A DNA stretch of 64,000 nt, from contig OZ024742.1 in assembly GCA_964016885.1 (NCBI GenBank), positions 244,032,001-244,096,000 of the forward strand, read 5' to 3'. A program made the translations under genes and the position numbers. This DNA is from Eledone cirrhosa (taxonomy: Eukaryota). Shown here piece after piece: positions 12,926 to 26,961 of this stretch (position 1 is its first letter; each line of letters begins with the position of its first letter). The notes under the pieces are model-generated. The model did not search any database and was not told where the DNA came from. It saw only the letters and a program-made list of their open reading frames with translations.

Positions 12926-13807
12926 AGCAAAGCCTGTTTCTCCAGAGCAAAAGATTTTTTTAAAAAAGAAAAAGCTAAAAGTTATGCATTATATTTTCTG
13001 TGGTTGTTATACCACAGATGTTACTGTGCATTGTTTATATTCTGTGGCTGTTGTAGTTTCTGGTTATGCATTCCCTACATTAAATATATTTATCCCTGAA
13101 TTGAGTTTATTTTAAGAGTTACAATATTTTATGCTTTATTTAAATATTTGTTTGTATTCTTATTGTTTTTGTTTGCTAGCTGAACTTCTATTTCAAATTA
13201 ATAAATTTAAATTGATGTTCATTTGATGTTAAGTTCACAAGATAACTAATGATCCTGTTATATGTAATGATAATTTGTCTAGATTTCAAAAGTTCTTTTG
13301 TCTAGGAATATGTACTTAGTATATCTAATTTATTGTTTCAGATACAAATATAATAAAGATGACCATCCTAATTGAATAAAAACACTTTACTAATTAACTA
13401 TTGTTACACTTGCTATTATTTCAAATAACAAAATGAGCATTTGATTCCAAAATAGTTTATTCAAGTAGATATACTTGTTGGAAACTTTAAGATAAATCTC
13501 TTGATTATTACTTTTATATTAACATCCTTGCTAAGTCTAATGAATTTCTCACCTTCTTATTTGGAAAATTCAGATCAAAGCAATTAAAGGGAAAACATTC
13601 CCAAAAATTATTCTCTTGGTTCCAATTTTCACCGATGAAATATTTTAGAATAACCTCTAAAAAAATTTTTTGTTAACATTATAGTGTCATTTAATGTTTA
13701 CATATATATTTACTATGTAATCTATATGCATAATATTTGTTAAAGGGCAGTAAGAACAGTAAGTGCATTATCAGGGGAAGGTTTTTTACTTGCATTATTA
13801 ATTTAAC

Positions 13808-13988
13808 GTGGATTGGTAGTATCGGTAGAGGGTCGGACGCCATGCTTTCCAGCATAGTTACGTCCCTTTGCGGTCTGAGTTCAAATCCCGCCGAGGTTAA
13901 CTTTGCCTTTCATCCTTACGGGGTCGATAAAATAAAAGTACCAGTAATGTACTGGGTAATTGATGGCCTTGTGCCAAAAGTAGAAACA
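13808..13988 (+). mobile_element. Young tRNA-derived SINE (family A, short subfamily) with 14-bp TSD
   Basis: A-box-like tggtagtatcgg, B-box gagttcaaatcc, core gcctttcatccttacggggtcgataaaataaaagtaccagt. TSD attattaatttaac at 13794-13807 and 13989-14002. Confidence 0.92.
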
Positions 13989-14163
13989 ATTATTAATTTA
14001 ACATTGTTAACAATAGTCATATTTTATTTTTTGTTTGCTTTATTGTTTTCAAGTCATTTTGCTGCACTAGATTCACCAAAAGTGTCTTATCTAAATTAAG
14101 TCAATAACCAAATAAGAAGGTGACCTTAGAACAAAAGCTATTTCTATGGTCACTCACTACCTA

Positions 14164-14233
<70 letters not shown>
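14164..14233. repeat. (TAC)n microsatellite
   Basis: Direct reading. Confidence 0.97.
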
Positions 14234-15871
14234 GCTGTTAAAACTGAAACTCTACTTCATGATTTTTTTTTTTTTTTTTTCGTTATACTGTTTACTTAGA
14301 TATTCTAAGCTGCCTCCAGGCCTACCTACCTGCTATAGTTATGATAATTAACTCAGAAAACCAACACTATAGTTAAAACTTGTCAAGTCTTGTTCGAAAA
14401 AGAATTTCAATATTGATGTAATGTTCCAATCATTATTGGTTTGAAACAAAAGGTTGAAATTCTTACCAATGAAAGCAATATAAATTAATTATGCTAAAAT
14501 TTATAGCAGAAAAAAGAATTTAGTAACTTACCGTATTGTTCTTATACGAAATTATGTTGAAATTTTTAAAAAATTTAAATAGGAACATTTAAAAATGGAT
14601 GGTCTTCTTTCATGGAACCAGAGCTGTTTTGGGCTGGGTTGGTATGAAAAGAGTTAAGGCAGTCAAATAAAGGCATAGCCCTCAGTGAAAAACTGAAAAT
14701 AGTGAATCATAAATGTCATCTCTTAAAATGAATGCTTGTGATAATTGTAAACTTAAATCACTTGGTGATGATGGAGGATTGTTAGCTGAATATGTTGATA
14801 TTCTAACAAGACATCAATGTTTATAAATATGACAAAATAGTTAACCTAGTTACATTAAATCTGCAATGGGTTTGCTTACTTTTAACTTTCAATCTAAATA
14901 AGTATAATGACAATGTTTAAGATGTGTGAGGGAATGAGTTGTTAAAAAAAAATTGCTGAATAGCTAAGACCCCTAGCTTGAAGGTTGTAGGTTCAAATTC
15001 TGTGACTAACATTTTAAGTCATAAGCACAGCTCAATACTTTATATCTCTGTTGACATGTCTAAAAAAAGTTTTCTCCACTTTATGATTGATTACATACAC
15101 ACTATTACTTAATATTTTCTTTAGTCACATTTTCTATCATCTAAAGTTAATAGAGAAAAGGGTGTTCTCTAGATATATGTTACTTAAGTAGGTACTGGGG
15201 TAATGTTGGCTATCAACACTCACATCTTTGAGTGCAAATCTCTTAGCTAACCATTTTCAAAACTTATTAACTCTGTTCTAAAATTAGTTCTCTAATAACT
15301 GAGCTAGTCTTAGAAGATCACAATTTTTTTTAACAATTTCCCATGTAATGATAATAGTTTGTAAAAACATTTTTTTTTGTTTTATTCAATTATTTTGTTT
15401 ATATCCCCCTCTCTTGTTCTATCTATCTCTACAAAAGGAAAGATTTTACATTGCTCAATAAAGGGACTAAAAGCTGACTTTATTTTGAAGTGTTTCATTT
15501 ATTTGCAGTGCTTGATCTTGGCACATAGACATGAACACACATATCTTTTTAGTTGAGATAGTTACAAAAGTTACTCAAGTGTCTACAGTTTTATCTCATG
15601 ATACTTGTTGAACCTTTATAAAAGTTTGACAAATTCCCAGTTACTCTTGTAGCTATTCCAGTTAATAAAACATTATATAGATTCTTTCTCTCATTCATAT
15701 AACCCCCCCCCCCACACACACACACATCTCTCTGTGTGTATATATTTAGATATATATTTATTTATATTCTCATTGGTTTTCATGTTCTTTTTTCTTGTAT
15801 TAATAAAAATAAATTGAGTAAATTATAAAATATATTACTTGGTTTAAGCAAGATTTTTCTTATTTGTTTAG

Positions 15872-15977
15872 GTTGTTAGCCGTGTTGCTCCACGACCTGG
15901 CTACGACCTGGAGCTGGGCTATAGACTGCTAGCAGTTTGTGCTGCACATCGAGACAAATTTACCCCAAAATCTGCTG
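15872..15977 (+). CDS. ZMIZ1: Internal coding exon of a ZMIZ1 (Zimp10, zinc finger MIZ-domain protein) homolog, N-terminal domain
   Basis: Acceptor ttttcttatttgtttag| and donor |gtgagt. The 106 nt (phase 0 to 1) translate to [35 protein letters not shown], which matches the human ZMIZ1 segment [35 protein letters not shown] as I recall it. Neighbouring exons were not found in the window. Confidence 0.93.
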
Positions 15978-16084
15978 GTGAGTAAATTCTGGTTAAATTA
16001 TTAATCAATAATTCTTTTTACAAGAAAGAAATTTAAAAAAAAATGCATTTTTCACAGAGAATTCAATTTGATTTGTGAAAATAA

Positions 16085-16104
16085 TTGTTGTTGTTGTTGT
16101 TGTC

Positions 16105-16178
<74 letters not shown>
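16085..16178. repeat. (TTG)n(ATT)n compound microsatellite
   Basis: Direct reading, about 110 nt downstream of the ZMIZ1 exon. Confidence 0.97.
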
Positions 16179-16179
<1 letters not shown>

Positions 16180-18759
16180 TTATTTTTATTTTTTGAAGAG
16201 GACTTATTCAATTAATTATTTTATTTAAATAAATCTGTTTTTATTCAAATCTGATTACAATGTGATAATTGAAAGCAAATATTAGAGAAATTAAGACTTA
16301 GAGATTAACATAAATAAAATATTAGTGCAATTAATAGACAAAGGTTAATATCTAATTGTCTATGTCTGATATAAATTATTAACTCATTATCTCTTAACAA
16401 AACATGCTGTTGTCTATCATTGGTTAATTTTAGTTTCATTCATATATTACAAAATCTATATAATAAAGCAGGGGCTTTAGCACTTATAAATATCATGCAA
16501 GTTCTTTCTGATCAATATGGATTTCCTCTCCCTTAAAATTGACCTTGGATCAACCTTTTTTATGATTGGGAAACAATGCTGTCCTTACCCTGCAAGCATA
16601 CACACGTTCATGTGCATGCTTGTGGGTGAATGGCAAAAGTATATTCCCATTATGTGACCCCCCCCACACACACACACATGGAAACTTAATAGCTACCTGA
16701 ATGAATAGAGTATAATTGTGCTTTGCTACAACAACATGTATGAAAACAAACCTCCATCGTGCTTTTGCTGGTTAAATTTATTCAATATGCCTTGTGATCA
16801 ATTCTCCTGAACTCAAATTTTATATTTTGTTTTGCAACCATCCCTTCATGCCATACCAATATCTTGAATACAATGTGTTAAAGATCATTGCTTATATTTG
16901 TGGGGGGAATTAAGTTTTGAATATATCTCTAATTCAATCAGAATATCATGAGATGTTATCAGAACCAGTCCACTAGGTTTACTATGTAATACCACCACCA
17001 CCACCACCAATTTCTTATTCTGCTTAAGAAAAGAACAGATCTTTATATATTTAGTATATATATGTTACAGCATATTTATGATTTATTTTATTTATTTGGA
17101 GTACAACTAATGATAGCTAGTGTTAAGCTAAGCTGATATTCTTGAAAAATGCTCAATTCAAAGTTGTTTGTAGGATTTCTGAAGATATGGTTATTTTTTA
17201 TATATTTATTTTCAGTACAAAATTATATACAAACTTAGTGAAAAATATTGTGTAATTTAGGGAATCATATTAAATAACACCACTTTTAAAGTAAATAAAA
17301 GTTTTAAAAAAAATTATGTGAAATTGTCTTGTAGAATGTGCTTATATTAAAATGTTAAAGATGCTGTGTCAGGAGATAATCAGTTTCTTAAATTTAATGA
17401 TAGTGAGTTTCTGATTGAAGTAACTTTCATTATACAGACATGTATAACTAGAAGAACACTTCAAAGAACTTCTTTGAGCATTTATGATATGAATAAAGAC
17501 AGTGTAAACAGAAATAAACAAGAAATTGTTGACAGTGTAAAATACTGCAGTGTTTCTTGCTTGGTCAGGCCGATATGTTGAAGATGCACAATCTTCAAAA
17601 GCACCAATAATGCACAGAAAGTTTTTTTTTTCTTTTTTTGATATGCAAAAATAATTCTATGAGAGATATTTCCTCTAGCTCTCTATTTATTTCTTTGAAT
17701 TCCATAGAATAACATAAAATAAAAACTGCAATGTTTGAATGTTTTATAGTAGATAATAGCACACATATACCCATATGTGTATTCACATACATACATGCAC
17801 TTACATAACTGTATATATTCTTATGATTTTTCACATATATCTTACACTCAGTAGATTGAAATGTAGTTCTCTACTGATAGTAAACTTGTTATTCCTCCTC
17901 TGCAAATTATTATTTTACTGTATTATGGTGAGATTTGTAACCATAATCTTATTGAAAACAGAACTTCCACTTGGACTTGAAGAAATGATACTTACCATTT
18001 TGTTGTTATGTTTGAATAATAAGAGCATTCATCAACCATAAACTCTGATGATGGCCTTCTCATACTGTAAAGGTTAACAAGATGTATGAGAGATTGAGGC
18101 AGTTAATACAGATTATGAAATATTGAAGGTTACTGTGTAGAATAAATACATGATAGTAGTAAAGGAAATTCCACAGGAAGGTGATTGTGAGAATGAAAGA
18201 TTGCATGTATTATTTAGAGCAGAGCCTAGAGAAAAAGAAATATGCAGAAAAAATGGTTTGACCTTGAGATTGTTAGATTCAACATAGTTGCTACTAAGCC
18301 GTAGGTCAATCAAAGGTATTTTAACCATGGCCAGCCTTTTCTGGGTTTTTTTTCAGGCATAGTTATTACTAAATGTCATTGTTGTTGTCTTCTTCGTCAT
18401 CATCATATGTCTGCTTCTTATTTTGGTATAGGTTGGCAAGTCAATTCTTATTTAGAGTCACTGCCTTCTTAGAACCAGGGCTTACTTTGTACACTCTATT
18501 TTGGCATGGTTTCTACAGCTGGATGCACATCCTAGTTCTAACCACTTGACAAAGTATACTGGATGCATTTTATCATAACACCAGCACTACAGAAGTTGTC
18601 ATGCCCTTGGTGAGATTAGAGAGTCAGTTAGTTATACTTGGCTCTGTTCATTCAAAGTAAATGTGCCTAAAAGGAAGAATAGAAGATTAAGTGATGAATA
18701 AGTGACTGGAAAAGAGAGTGCATAAATATGATTGGAGGTGGACAGAGTGAAGGCTTGAG

Positions 18760-19045
18760 GGATAGCAATAGATGGGTGAATGAGAGAGAGGCAGAGAGAG
18801 AGAGAGAGAGAGAGATGGATGATGGTGAGAGAGAGATAGCAATGGTGTGTGAGAGAGAGAGAGAGAGAGAGAGGGGGAGAAATAGCAATAGAGATGGGTG
18901 ATGGTGTGAGAGAGAGAGAGATAGCAATAACAATAGAGATGGGCGATGGTGTGAGAGAGAGAGGGAGAGATAGCAATAGAGATGGGTGATGGTGAGAGAG
19001 AGAGATAGCATTAGAGATGGGTGATGGTGAGAGAGGGTGAGATAA
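18760..19045. repeat. Minisatellite of roughly 40-bp units containing (GA)n
   Basis: Repeated gatagcaatagagatgggtgatggtgtgagagagaga with variable GA run. Confidence 0.9.
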
Positions 19046-20254
19046 TAGGGATTGGAGGAAAGAGAGTGATGGCTGGCAGTGAAGAAGGCTGATGGTAGAG
19101 GGTCATGAATATGGACAGATTTGATGTTAACCCTTGTCACGACACAGGTGTTGTGTTGGAAAAAGTAGAATGATAAAGGGTGATGGTGGTGGGGGGGGAT
19201 TGAATAGAGACTAATCTAATGTCATCCCTCTTTACGGAGGCATTATGGGAGAATAATGAAGAAGACAGTAGATGAAGACTTAAGAAGAATGTAATGAGCA
19301 AGAGATTCAAATTTTGATAATTCGCACATCCTAATTTCCTTCTTCAGCATCACCATTTTAATGACCCTTGCATGAGTGAGCATGTCTTTTTCCAGCACTT
19401 TGTGTCATCACTCATCATGCTGCTTCATCACCTCTTTTATAAGATTCAGCTTCTTATAATCAGTGTTTATCACTTTATCTCATGTCTATCAAGGGTTCAT
19501 AAATAAAAAATAAATAAAAAATAAATAAAGAAAGAAAGATATCTATTTCAACTGTTTGATACTTCTCTACAATTCTGAGAGTTCGATACTTATTGCATAC
19601 CCAGATCTCTGTAGTACATCTTATTCCTCTTATACCATGCTTGATGGTGGGGGTATAATTTGAAGGAAATTTGACTACTATTTCCAGCAGATCAGCTGAT
19701 CACTTAGAATCTTCACAGGCAGTTTTAAGATGTGATGGAGCACAGTAAATTTGTTTGGAAAAACAGAATCTGTTTTACTAATGGCAAAAAGAAATAGCAA
19801 AACTGAATCAACAATTAATAGCTTAGAAACTTAGCTGAATGAGAGTTGGTCAGATAAATCAGTGATCTTGCATTGGTAGGTGAATTAGATTGTAGATTAA
19901 TATATATTTTTTAATTTTTGTGATCTCTAATGTTTTTGTGACAATTTGGTTGGGATACTGAAAGTGTAATGTAAATGTTTCCTGAACCACAAGGAGTTTC
20001 CAAGAACAAGTGCTTAGCACCAGTCAAATAGCATTGGATAAAATGCTAATAAATCATAATCATTTGGTACCTATTCATGATTATTTGGTACCTATTCCCA
20101 ACAACTAGGTGGAGTGAGGCAATGTAGAATATAGTGTTCTGCACAATGAAACATTTCAAATGGATTTGAATTGATAATGTTGTGACCAGATAGTTTATTT
20201 TATTCTCTAAACTTCCTTGTCTCTACTTTAGATTACAGAGGTCAAATTTACTTG

Positions 20255-20511
20255 TTAACACGTAATACTTTTGGTAACAAACCACTTAGAACTACCCCTT
20301 GTTATATAATACAAAACTGTCCGTTTTAAAGGGTTTATATTTATCAATAGCTTCCCATCATAATTTTATGTAAAAACCTTTGTTAAGTTATGTTCCAAAC
20401 ATCAGATTAATAATGAGAAAGTTACTTATATTACTAAATCCTTCCAAATTTGTTTTATTTCAAAATTACTGTCAGTGTCATTCATTAGAATTATGGTAAT
20501 GAAAGTGTTAA
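20255..20511. mobile_element. TTAA-family MITE copy
   Basis: Homologous to 1113-1374 (catcataattttatgtaa.aaccttt...ttccaaaca..ag.ttaataatgagaaagtta), with ttaa at both ends. Confidence 0.6.
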
Positions 20512-21996
20512 AGAAAAGTTATGTCAGTGGTTACTTGGCAATTTATGGTTATAAATTGGTATTTTTAGAAGAAAGATATTAATAAATGAATTGAAAATAA
20601 CTTTGGTTCTAGTTTGCAAGTTTCTCGCAGATCAAATTAGATTGGATTGTTATCATTATGCCTGATTGTTATAAACTTGATTTGTCTATATAACTGATTT
20701 GTTTGTACAATGTACATCTGAATGCATAAGGATGTTTCATGCATTTATATATTTTATGGATATGTTAGCATGGAAGATGGACGTTAAACAATGATGATGA
20801 TGTATTTCAGTTAAATGATATGTAACTAATCTGGTTTAATCTTTTAATATTTCTGCGGTCTAATAAACAGGCCTATGAACCCCTGCTTTTCCTTTGGTGC
20901 ACAAGATTAAAAAATTTGAATTTAATAGAACCACCTATGAGTTATTCAGTCCAGTCTGATGTGTTAGTGTAAATACCTTAATTCTTAATTTAAAGCATGA
21001 ATTTGTTGTTAATCAACCAATGCAATACTTGCTATAATATACAAACCCAGGAATTTGTTAGCTTCTCCATAAACCCTTAAGCTTAGTTAAGGGGTATGGG
21101 AAATGAATATAGTGCAAATTAATTTGTGTATTGGATAGCATTGTGTACAACTGAATGAATGTATAAAGAGTTTTTCTAATGCATTGCTATTGTAAGTAAT
21201 AGAGTATGATGTTGATCTAGCAGGATTAGTATGCAGAAAGGATGAGGAAAATAGAAATGGCAGGCAAGCAAGAGAGGATAATATTGATCTGTGAAGCTAA
21301 TTAAGCAGTGGGGAGATGGTGAAATAGAAATTGGCAGAGGAATGTTTTACATATCTTTAGATGACTATAAGCTAATTAATACTCTTAGTTTACTGACTAT
21401 TTATTCAACGAAAGAATCTCAAACATAAAAAAATATCCCAGATATTTTGAGTCATTTTAGACAGCAGTAAATACAATCTAGTTGCTATAACAAACAATTT
21501 ATTTATTTGATTGGTTTGTTTTTAAATTCCTGACATTAATAATAATAGTAACTTCTTATCATTGAAACTAGAAGAAAATGGCAAGAAAGTTATACAAAAA
21601 CATGTTTATACTTGCTACTGTCCTAGCAAAAAGACCTTGTAAACATTAAGCATGACAATAGAGCTAAATTGAAGCAAATTGTTAATATACCAAACTGATT
21701 TTGTAATGAAATAATCAAACTCATTAACTTATATTACTTATGGTTTCATTCATAAATTGACTGACTATTTCAATGCCTGTGTTTCATTTAACAAACTATT
21801 TTTAACGGATAATATCTATTATTTCATTATTTTCAAAGTTGGTTGCCATTCAGAACAATAATAACTCTTGGAAATATACATTGCACTATCAACTCATCAT
21901 ATTCTATGATTTGTAAATTGTATTGACTTATTCTGCAGTCTAAGGACAGGCAACTGTAGAGATTGTACATTGAAATCTTAAAGAGTGATCATTTTG

Positions 21997-22157
21997 GGTT
22001 GGTGTGTCTTATACAAGAGTTGAAGTGATGAAAGAGTTGGTGCTGTGTAGGTTGGTGTGTCTTATACAAAAGTTGAAGTGATGAAAGAATTGGTGCTGTG
22101 TAGGTTAGTGTGTCTTATATACAAAAGTTGAAGTAATGAAAAAGTTGGTGAGGTGTA
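21997..22157. repeat. 53-bp tandem repeat x3
   Basis: Units start at 21997, 22050 and 22103 (ggttggtgtgtcttatacaa.agttgaagtgatgaaaga.ttggtgctgtgta). Confidence 0.95.
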
Positions 22158-22877
22158 AATGTTACTGTATTTTATTATACAAAACTATTATTGAAATTTT
22201 ACTGTTTGATTTCATCCCACTGAAATCTGGTTCTCATTACCAGTTGACTTCACTTCATTTATGTATTAAACACCCTCAATACAGAATAAACATTGCATCC
22301 TTCTATAAATATAGAGCTTTGTATCTTTTATAATAATTGTTTTATAATTACCATGATTAATGATCCCATAGACTATTGCATTAACAGTCCATATTATTGT
22401 TGCTGTCATTTTTATTATTCTATATTACTTCGAAGTTTTATGGAACACTGCTTTGAAAATAGCATAACACAAAGCCATTGCCTTTCTTTGTAGTATATAT
22501 TTATCAGGGAAGAGAATTTGAGATTTGTGTGCTGTTTACACCTTTGTCAATGTTGTTAACAGTGCATGTAAAGTGAACTTGTTTTGAATAAATTCATTTT
22601 GTATCTAGCTTGCTTCAACTATTTGTTTATAAGATGGTCATGGGAGAAGAAGCAGTGATTATGATTTTTGAAGAACCTTTGAGTCTGATGAGATTAATGT
22701 AGTTGATGTTTAGCGTAATTTTGATGTTTAGGGAAAATGTTGGTTCCCACAAGACATTGCGCATTTTCTACTTTAGAGCACACTTACTATTGCCAAAGTA
22801 ATTTTCTTTTTGTCACATGAATGATTTTCTGTCCCGCCCCACCCCCCATATAGCATATTTCTTGTCAAGTTACTCTC

Positions 22878-23072
22878 ATAACCAACTGGCAGGAGACCAA
22901 GAGGTAGAGCCCAAGCAAGACGGTTGGATAACATCCATGAGCTTGGCTGGTCTTGCTTGCAGATCCAGCCAGATCAATTGGAGATGGTTGCTTCTGACAG
23001 GACCAGCGGGGAGGTGTGCTTGAGGACTCTGCCCCCACAACCCTCCCAGGAATAAGCAGGCAAAGCAGAAGT
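22878..23072 (+). mobile_element. 3' end of a second RTE family (Expander/Rex3-like)
   Basis: Translates PTGRRPRGRAQARRLDNIHELGWSCLQIQPDQLEMVASDR...CLRTLPPQPSQE*, like the PTGRRPRGRP.TRW.D....LAW..L......RLLPP.P terminus. A homologous 3' end lies at 61271-61340 (-). Confidence 0.75.
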
Positions 23073-26006
23073 TACCCTCAGTCATTTAAAAAAAATGTAA
23101 TAGTTGTCACCAATCATAATATCTTAATATTAGCATTACTATCTTCCTAAAGACTTATAGGTTTCAGTAATATATATATATATATATATTCCTATTTCAT
23201 AATACAGAAACATTTGGTTATACATGAGAGATTTTATCAAATTAATGATTCATTCTGCAAGATCTCTGACCTCATACAGCTACCTACAATAGTGTGTGAG
23301 TTTTATTCTAAGTATATGGAATTCATGAACATTCACTGTCAGACAGATCCATATATTCCTGATTAAGTTATAAACTCACACAGTAAGTCTCTTAAACAGC
23401 TTCAACCTTCTTACTCTGAACAGTTTCATGTGTAATTCTCTGTAAAATACTTTTTTATTTTGATGATTTGTTTAATGATATTGAATATTTTATTAAAAGA
23501 TTTCCTGTGGCTAATATATAATTTTGGTGTTTCATTTGTTTGTTCTGCCAACATAATCATCTAGTTGGCTATACACATAAATCTATTGATCTTTTCCTGT
23601 AGCTTACACTCTGCTACAATGACTCACAAGTGTTGGATAGTGTTGATGTCACAGCTGTCTTTTGGGTTCCAGCAACATTTGACAGCTCAGCATTATATTG
23701 AATATACAATCTTGGTTTGATTGATAGTTCTCTTGTGGAAATATCTTTACAAATGTGTTCAGAGTGTGTGTGTGAGGAGAGGGGTGTGTTTTAGTTTACT
23801 TTTTAACCTCCTTGTAAATAGAAATTTTAATGTGTTATTATTAAAACTAAAGTATTTGTTTTATGAAATACAAATGCTACTCAATATATTTTTCTTTCTT
23901 GAAATTAATTATTCTTTGAATGAATATAAATACTTTAAAGATACTTACCCTATTAATATATTCCACTCCTATAGTCAAGACAATCATTTTAACACACACA
24001 CACGTGCGTGTGTGTGAGAGAGAGAGAGAGAGTAACATGTTTATAACTGATGGCTAAGACAGACAAAAGAACATAACACAACCCCCCCCCCTCTCTCTCT
24101 CTCACACACACACACACGCTTACTGCATAACATTTGTATATTCATCAACCATTATCAACTGCTGCAAGGGCAAAGGAGATGCTTTAGAAAGAAACAATTG
24201 CAGCCATGTATAGAGATACTTCCAGCAAGGTGAGAGTTAGTAGTGAGTACAGGTATATGTTCACAAGGGTACTTAATGTGGCTGACCATTTGTAGAGAGA
24301 AAGGGAAGTACTCAACCTTTGGAACAAAGTCAAAATAATGGATAGGGAATAACATTGGAAGATAAAATGAATGAAAGAATCGGTGCATATGCTTGGTTCT
24401 GATAGCCTCTTCGTGGGCCTAATACATTGTAGTCTTTAATCAAGAAAGAAAGAATATTAAGCTTTAAGTCATAAAAAAGGGGGTGGACTTTAAAGCTCCT
24501 AATTTTCACCATCTCGTTGTCCCAAAGGACAATAAAACTGAATACAATTGTTAGTTAAGTGTTAAAATCATTAGCTTATCTTTTGGTTGGGAGTTACTGT
24601 CTTAGTCTAAGCAGAACAAGCAAGGAACCCCACAAATAAATGATTAACTAACATAAGGATAGTTCATGCATGGACAACAGAATGAGAATAGTCCACTTTC
24701 ATACAGTGTAAATTATGGTTGCATAAGTAAGAGGTAGCAAACAGAGAAAAGAGATTTTGTGTATGGTAGATGCAGTAAGAGCACTAATTAAATAAACGTT
24801 TTCCTATTCAAGAAAGGCTAGAAATAGTTGATAGTTTTTGTTTCTGAGGTGACATAATTAGCTGTTGGAAATAGGACACTCTACTGAAGAGGACTCATCT
24901 AACCATGCTAGCTTGTAAAAATGGATATGAAAATGATGAAACACACACCTACACACATACGCGCCAACAAAGTAATATATGTATAAGACAAGAGTGCACA
25001 GCATTTAAAGAACTGGTGCTATGGCCTATACTTAACATCCATGATTTATATACACCCACACATGTGCATGGACACATACACAAGTATTTGTATTTGCATA
25101 TATATATTTATATATGATATGTCTGCATATATTATTTCAATAGAATTTCTTTGTATCACTAATTCTTTCTCTAACATAACTTCACACTCTGTCCACAAAA
25201 ACTAGGTACAGCTGTTTGTGTCAGAACATTCAGTTTTTCTAGAAGGCATTTTAGCATGAATACATCTAATAATTGCATTTTCTAATACAAAACCAACTGC
25301 ATTATAAAGTATTTTCATTATTGTCTACAAGGAAACATTTGACATTAAAGTGTTTTAGATGTTAATTGTTTCTCTGGAAATATGATCATTGCACAAGTTG
25401 GGGAAATAAATAGTAACATTTTAATGTCCTGCAGTTGAAATTTGGAAGGATATGCCCCTACCTTGACTTCATTTTTTTAACAAATTATTTTGTTGTACAG
25501 AAAGTGGCCTGATGAAAATTACTGATGAAACTACAAAGCATGAATAACATCAGTATAGCATAATCACCTTCACAACAAGACTAAATGTATTTAGATGCAG
25601 CAAATTTATTAATTCATAAATGCTGTCATCTGTCTCTTATAGTTATTGTTGGAACTTTATTGTCAAGCCGACTCCATTTTGTCCAAATTCCTATGCCTAA
25701 TGAACAGTGCATTGGATTTCTGTTATATCACAGCTGATGAGATTTAAGGGTTAAAATCATAATCCTATGATTGCTAGTCATTAACCTGTTCTTTTCATTG
25801 CAAATTCCTTTATAGTGAGAATAAATCTGCTTTCATATACCAGCTATAGAAACCAACCTGAAAATAGCGATAAAGCTACTTCTCCTTCTTACCTCCTCCC
25901 ACTCTATATCACTACTTTCCCAGCCTGGTTGAGGACATGCCTTAGTACTGAAATGTGGTTGTGTTGGTGCCACAATAAAATCATAATTTAAAGGTTCTTA
26001 CATAGA

Positions 26007-26201
26007 ATAATAATTGTTTCTACTTTTGGCACAAGGCCAGCAATTACCCAGTGCATTACTGGTACTTTATTTTATCGACCCCGTAAGGATGAAAGGCAAA
26101 GTTTACCTCGACGGGATTTGAACTCAGAATGGTAAGGACCGTAACTCTATGCGTCAAAGCATGGCGTCCGACACTCTACCGATACTGCCAATCCACCGCC
26201 C
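26007..26201 (-). mobile_element. Full-length young SINE (family A, short subfamily)
   Basis: Reverse complement of the 13808 element, extending to a gggcggtggattggcag 5' end. (ATT) tail. Confidence 0.92.
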
Positions 26202-26336
26202 TGAATGGAAGGTTTTTAGTTCAATGTAAACACTAACAGTTTTATATCATAGAACTAGGGACAGTTTCAGTTGGTTTGGAATGAAAAGGTAATAGAAGGA
26301 TTGAATTTCTTAACGATTTTCTGGACATTTTTACTG

Positions 26337-26601
26337 TTAACTTCTTAGCACTTTTGTAATCATATTTCTAATGATATACACTGCATTTCAACAAATGAAT
26401 GAAGAATTTGGAAGGATTTACTAAAATTATTATTTATTTCATTATTAAGATGGTATTTGTAACATAACTTAACAAAAGATTCTTATCAAATTATGCTGGA
26501 AGATTTTAACTTAAAAATGAAACCTTTAAAATAAGTGATTTTGTTTCCTAGTTTCATAGAACTGGAGGGGGATTTGGATGAGTTAGTATCAAAAGGGTTA
26601 A
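26337..26601. mobile_element. TTAA-family MITE copy
   Basis: ttaa...aaaagggttaa termini and shared internal sequence. Confidence 0.6.
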
Positions 26602-26679
26602 TTAAGTTGAATCAACCACTTTCAGGTTAATAAACTTTGTAGATGCTTTATTTTATCAAGGATTCTTCAGAGAGGAGGT

Positions 26680-26961
26680 GGAGACCCCTTCTGTCATGAC
26701 TGACAATGAAGTTGCACCTGGAAAGATCCTTTTCAGGGCACAAGCCTGGGCATGGTGTTTGGTAGAAAACTAGCAGTCACCCATGCAAACCAGTCTCCTC
26801 TCTCCACAACACGAATGTTGTCCAAGGGAAGGTAAAAGCTAATACAGCTTGGCACCAGTTGAGTGGATTGGAGCAATGTTAAATAAAATGTATTGCTCAA
26901 GTACACAAACCACTTCTCAACCCTGAAATTGAGCTCATCATCTTACGATTGCGAGCGCAAC
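26680..26961 (-). mobile_element. tRNA-derived CORE-like SINE (family C)
   Basis: Minus strand: tRNA-like head, ttgagcaa.acattttattt.acattgctcca.tccactca, and 3' caggtgcaa.ttcattgtca.tcatgac.gaaggggtc. A deleted relative is at 35611-35743. Confidence 0.65.

Noticed and set aside
13808-13895. tRNA genes at A/B-box motifs (also 35611, 27385, about 14955-15010)
   Set aside because: No complete cloverleaf. Most continue into SINE bodies.
25509-25535. Other CTGANGA...GAAA hammerhead-like strings (also about 63201-63225, 63606, 28108-28125)
   Set aside because: No credible combination of stems I, II and III, or an incomplete core.
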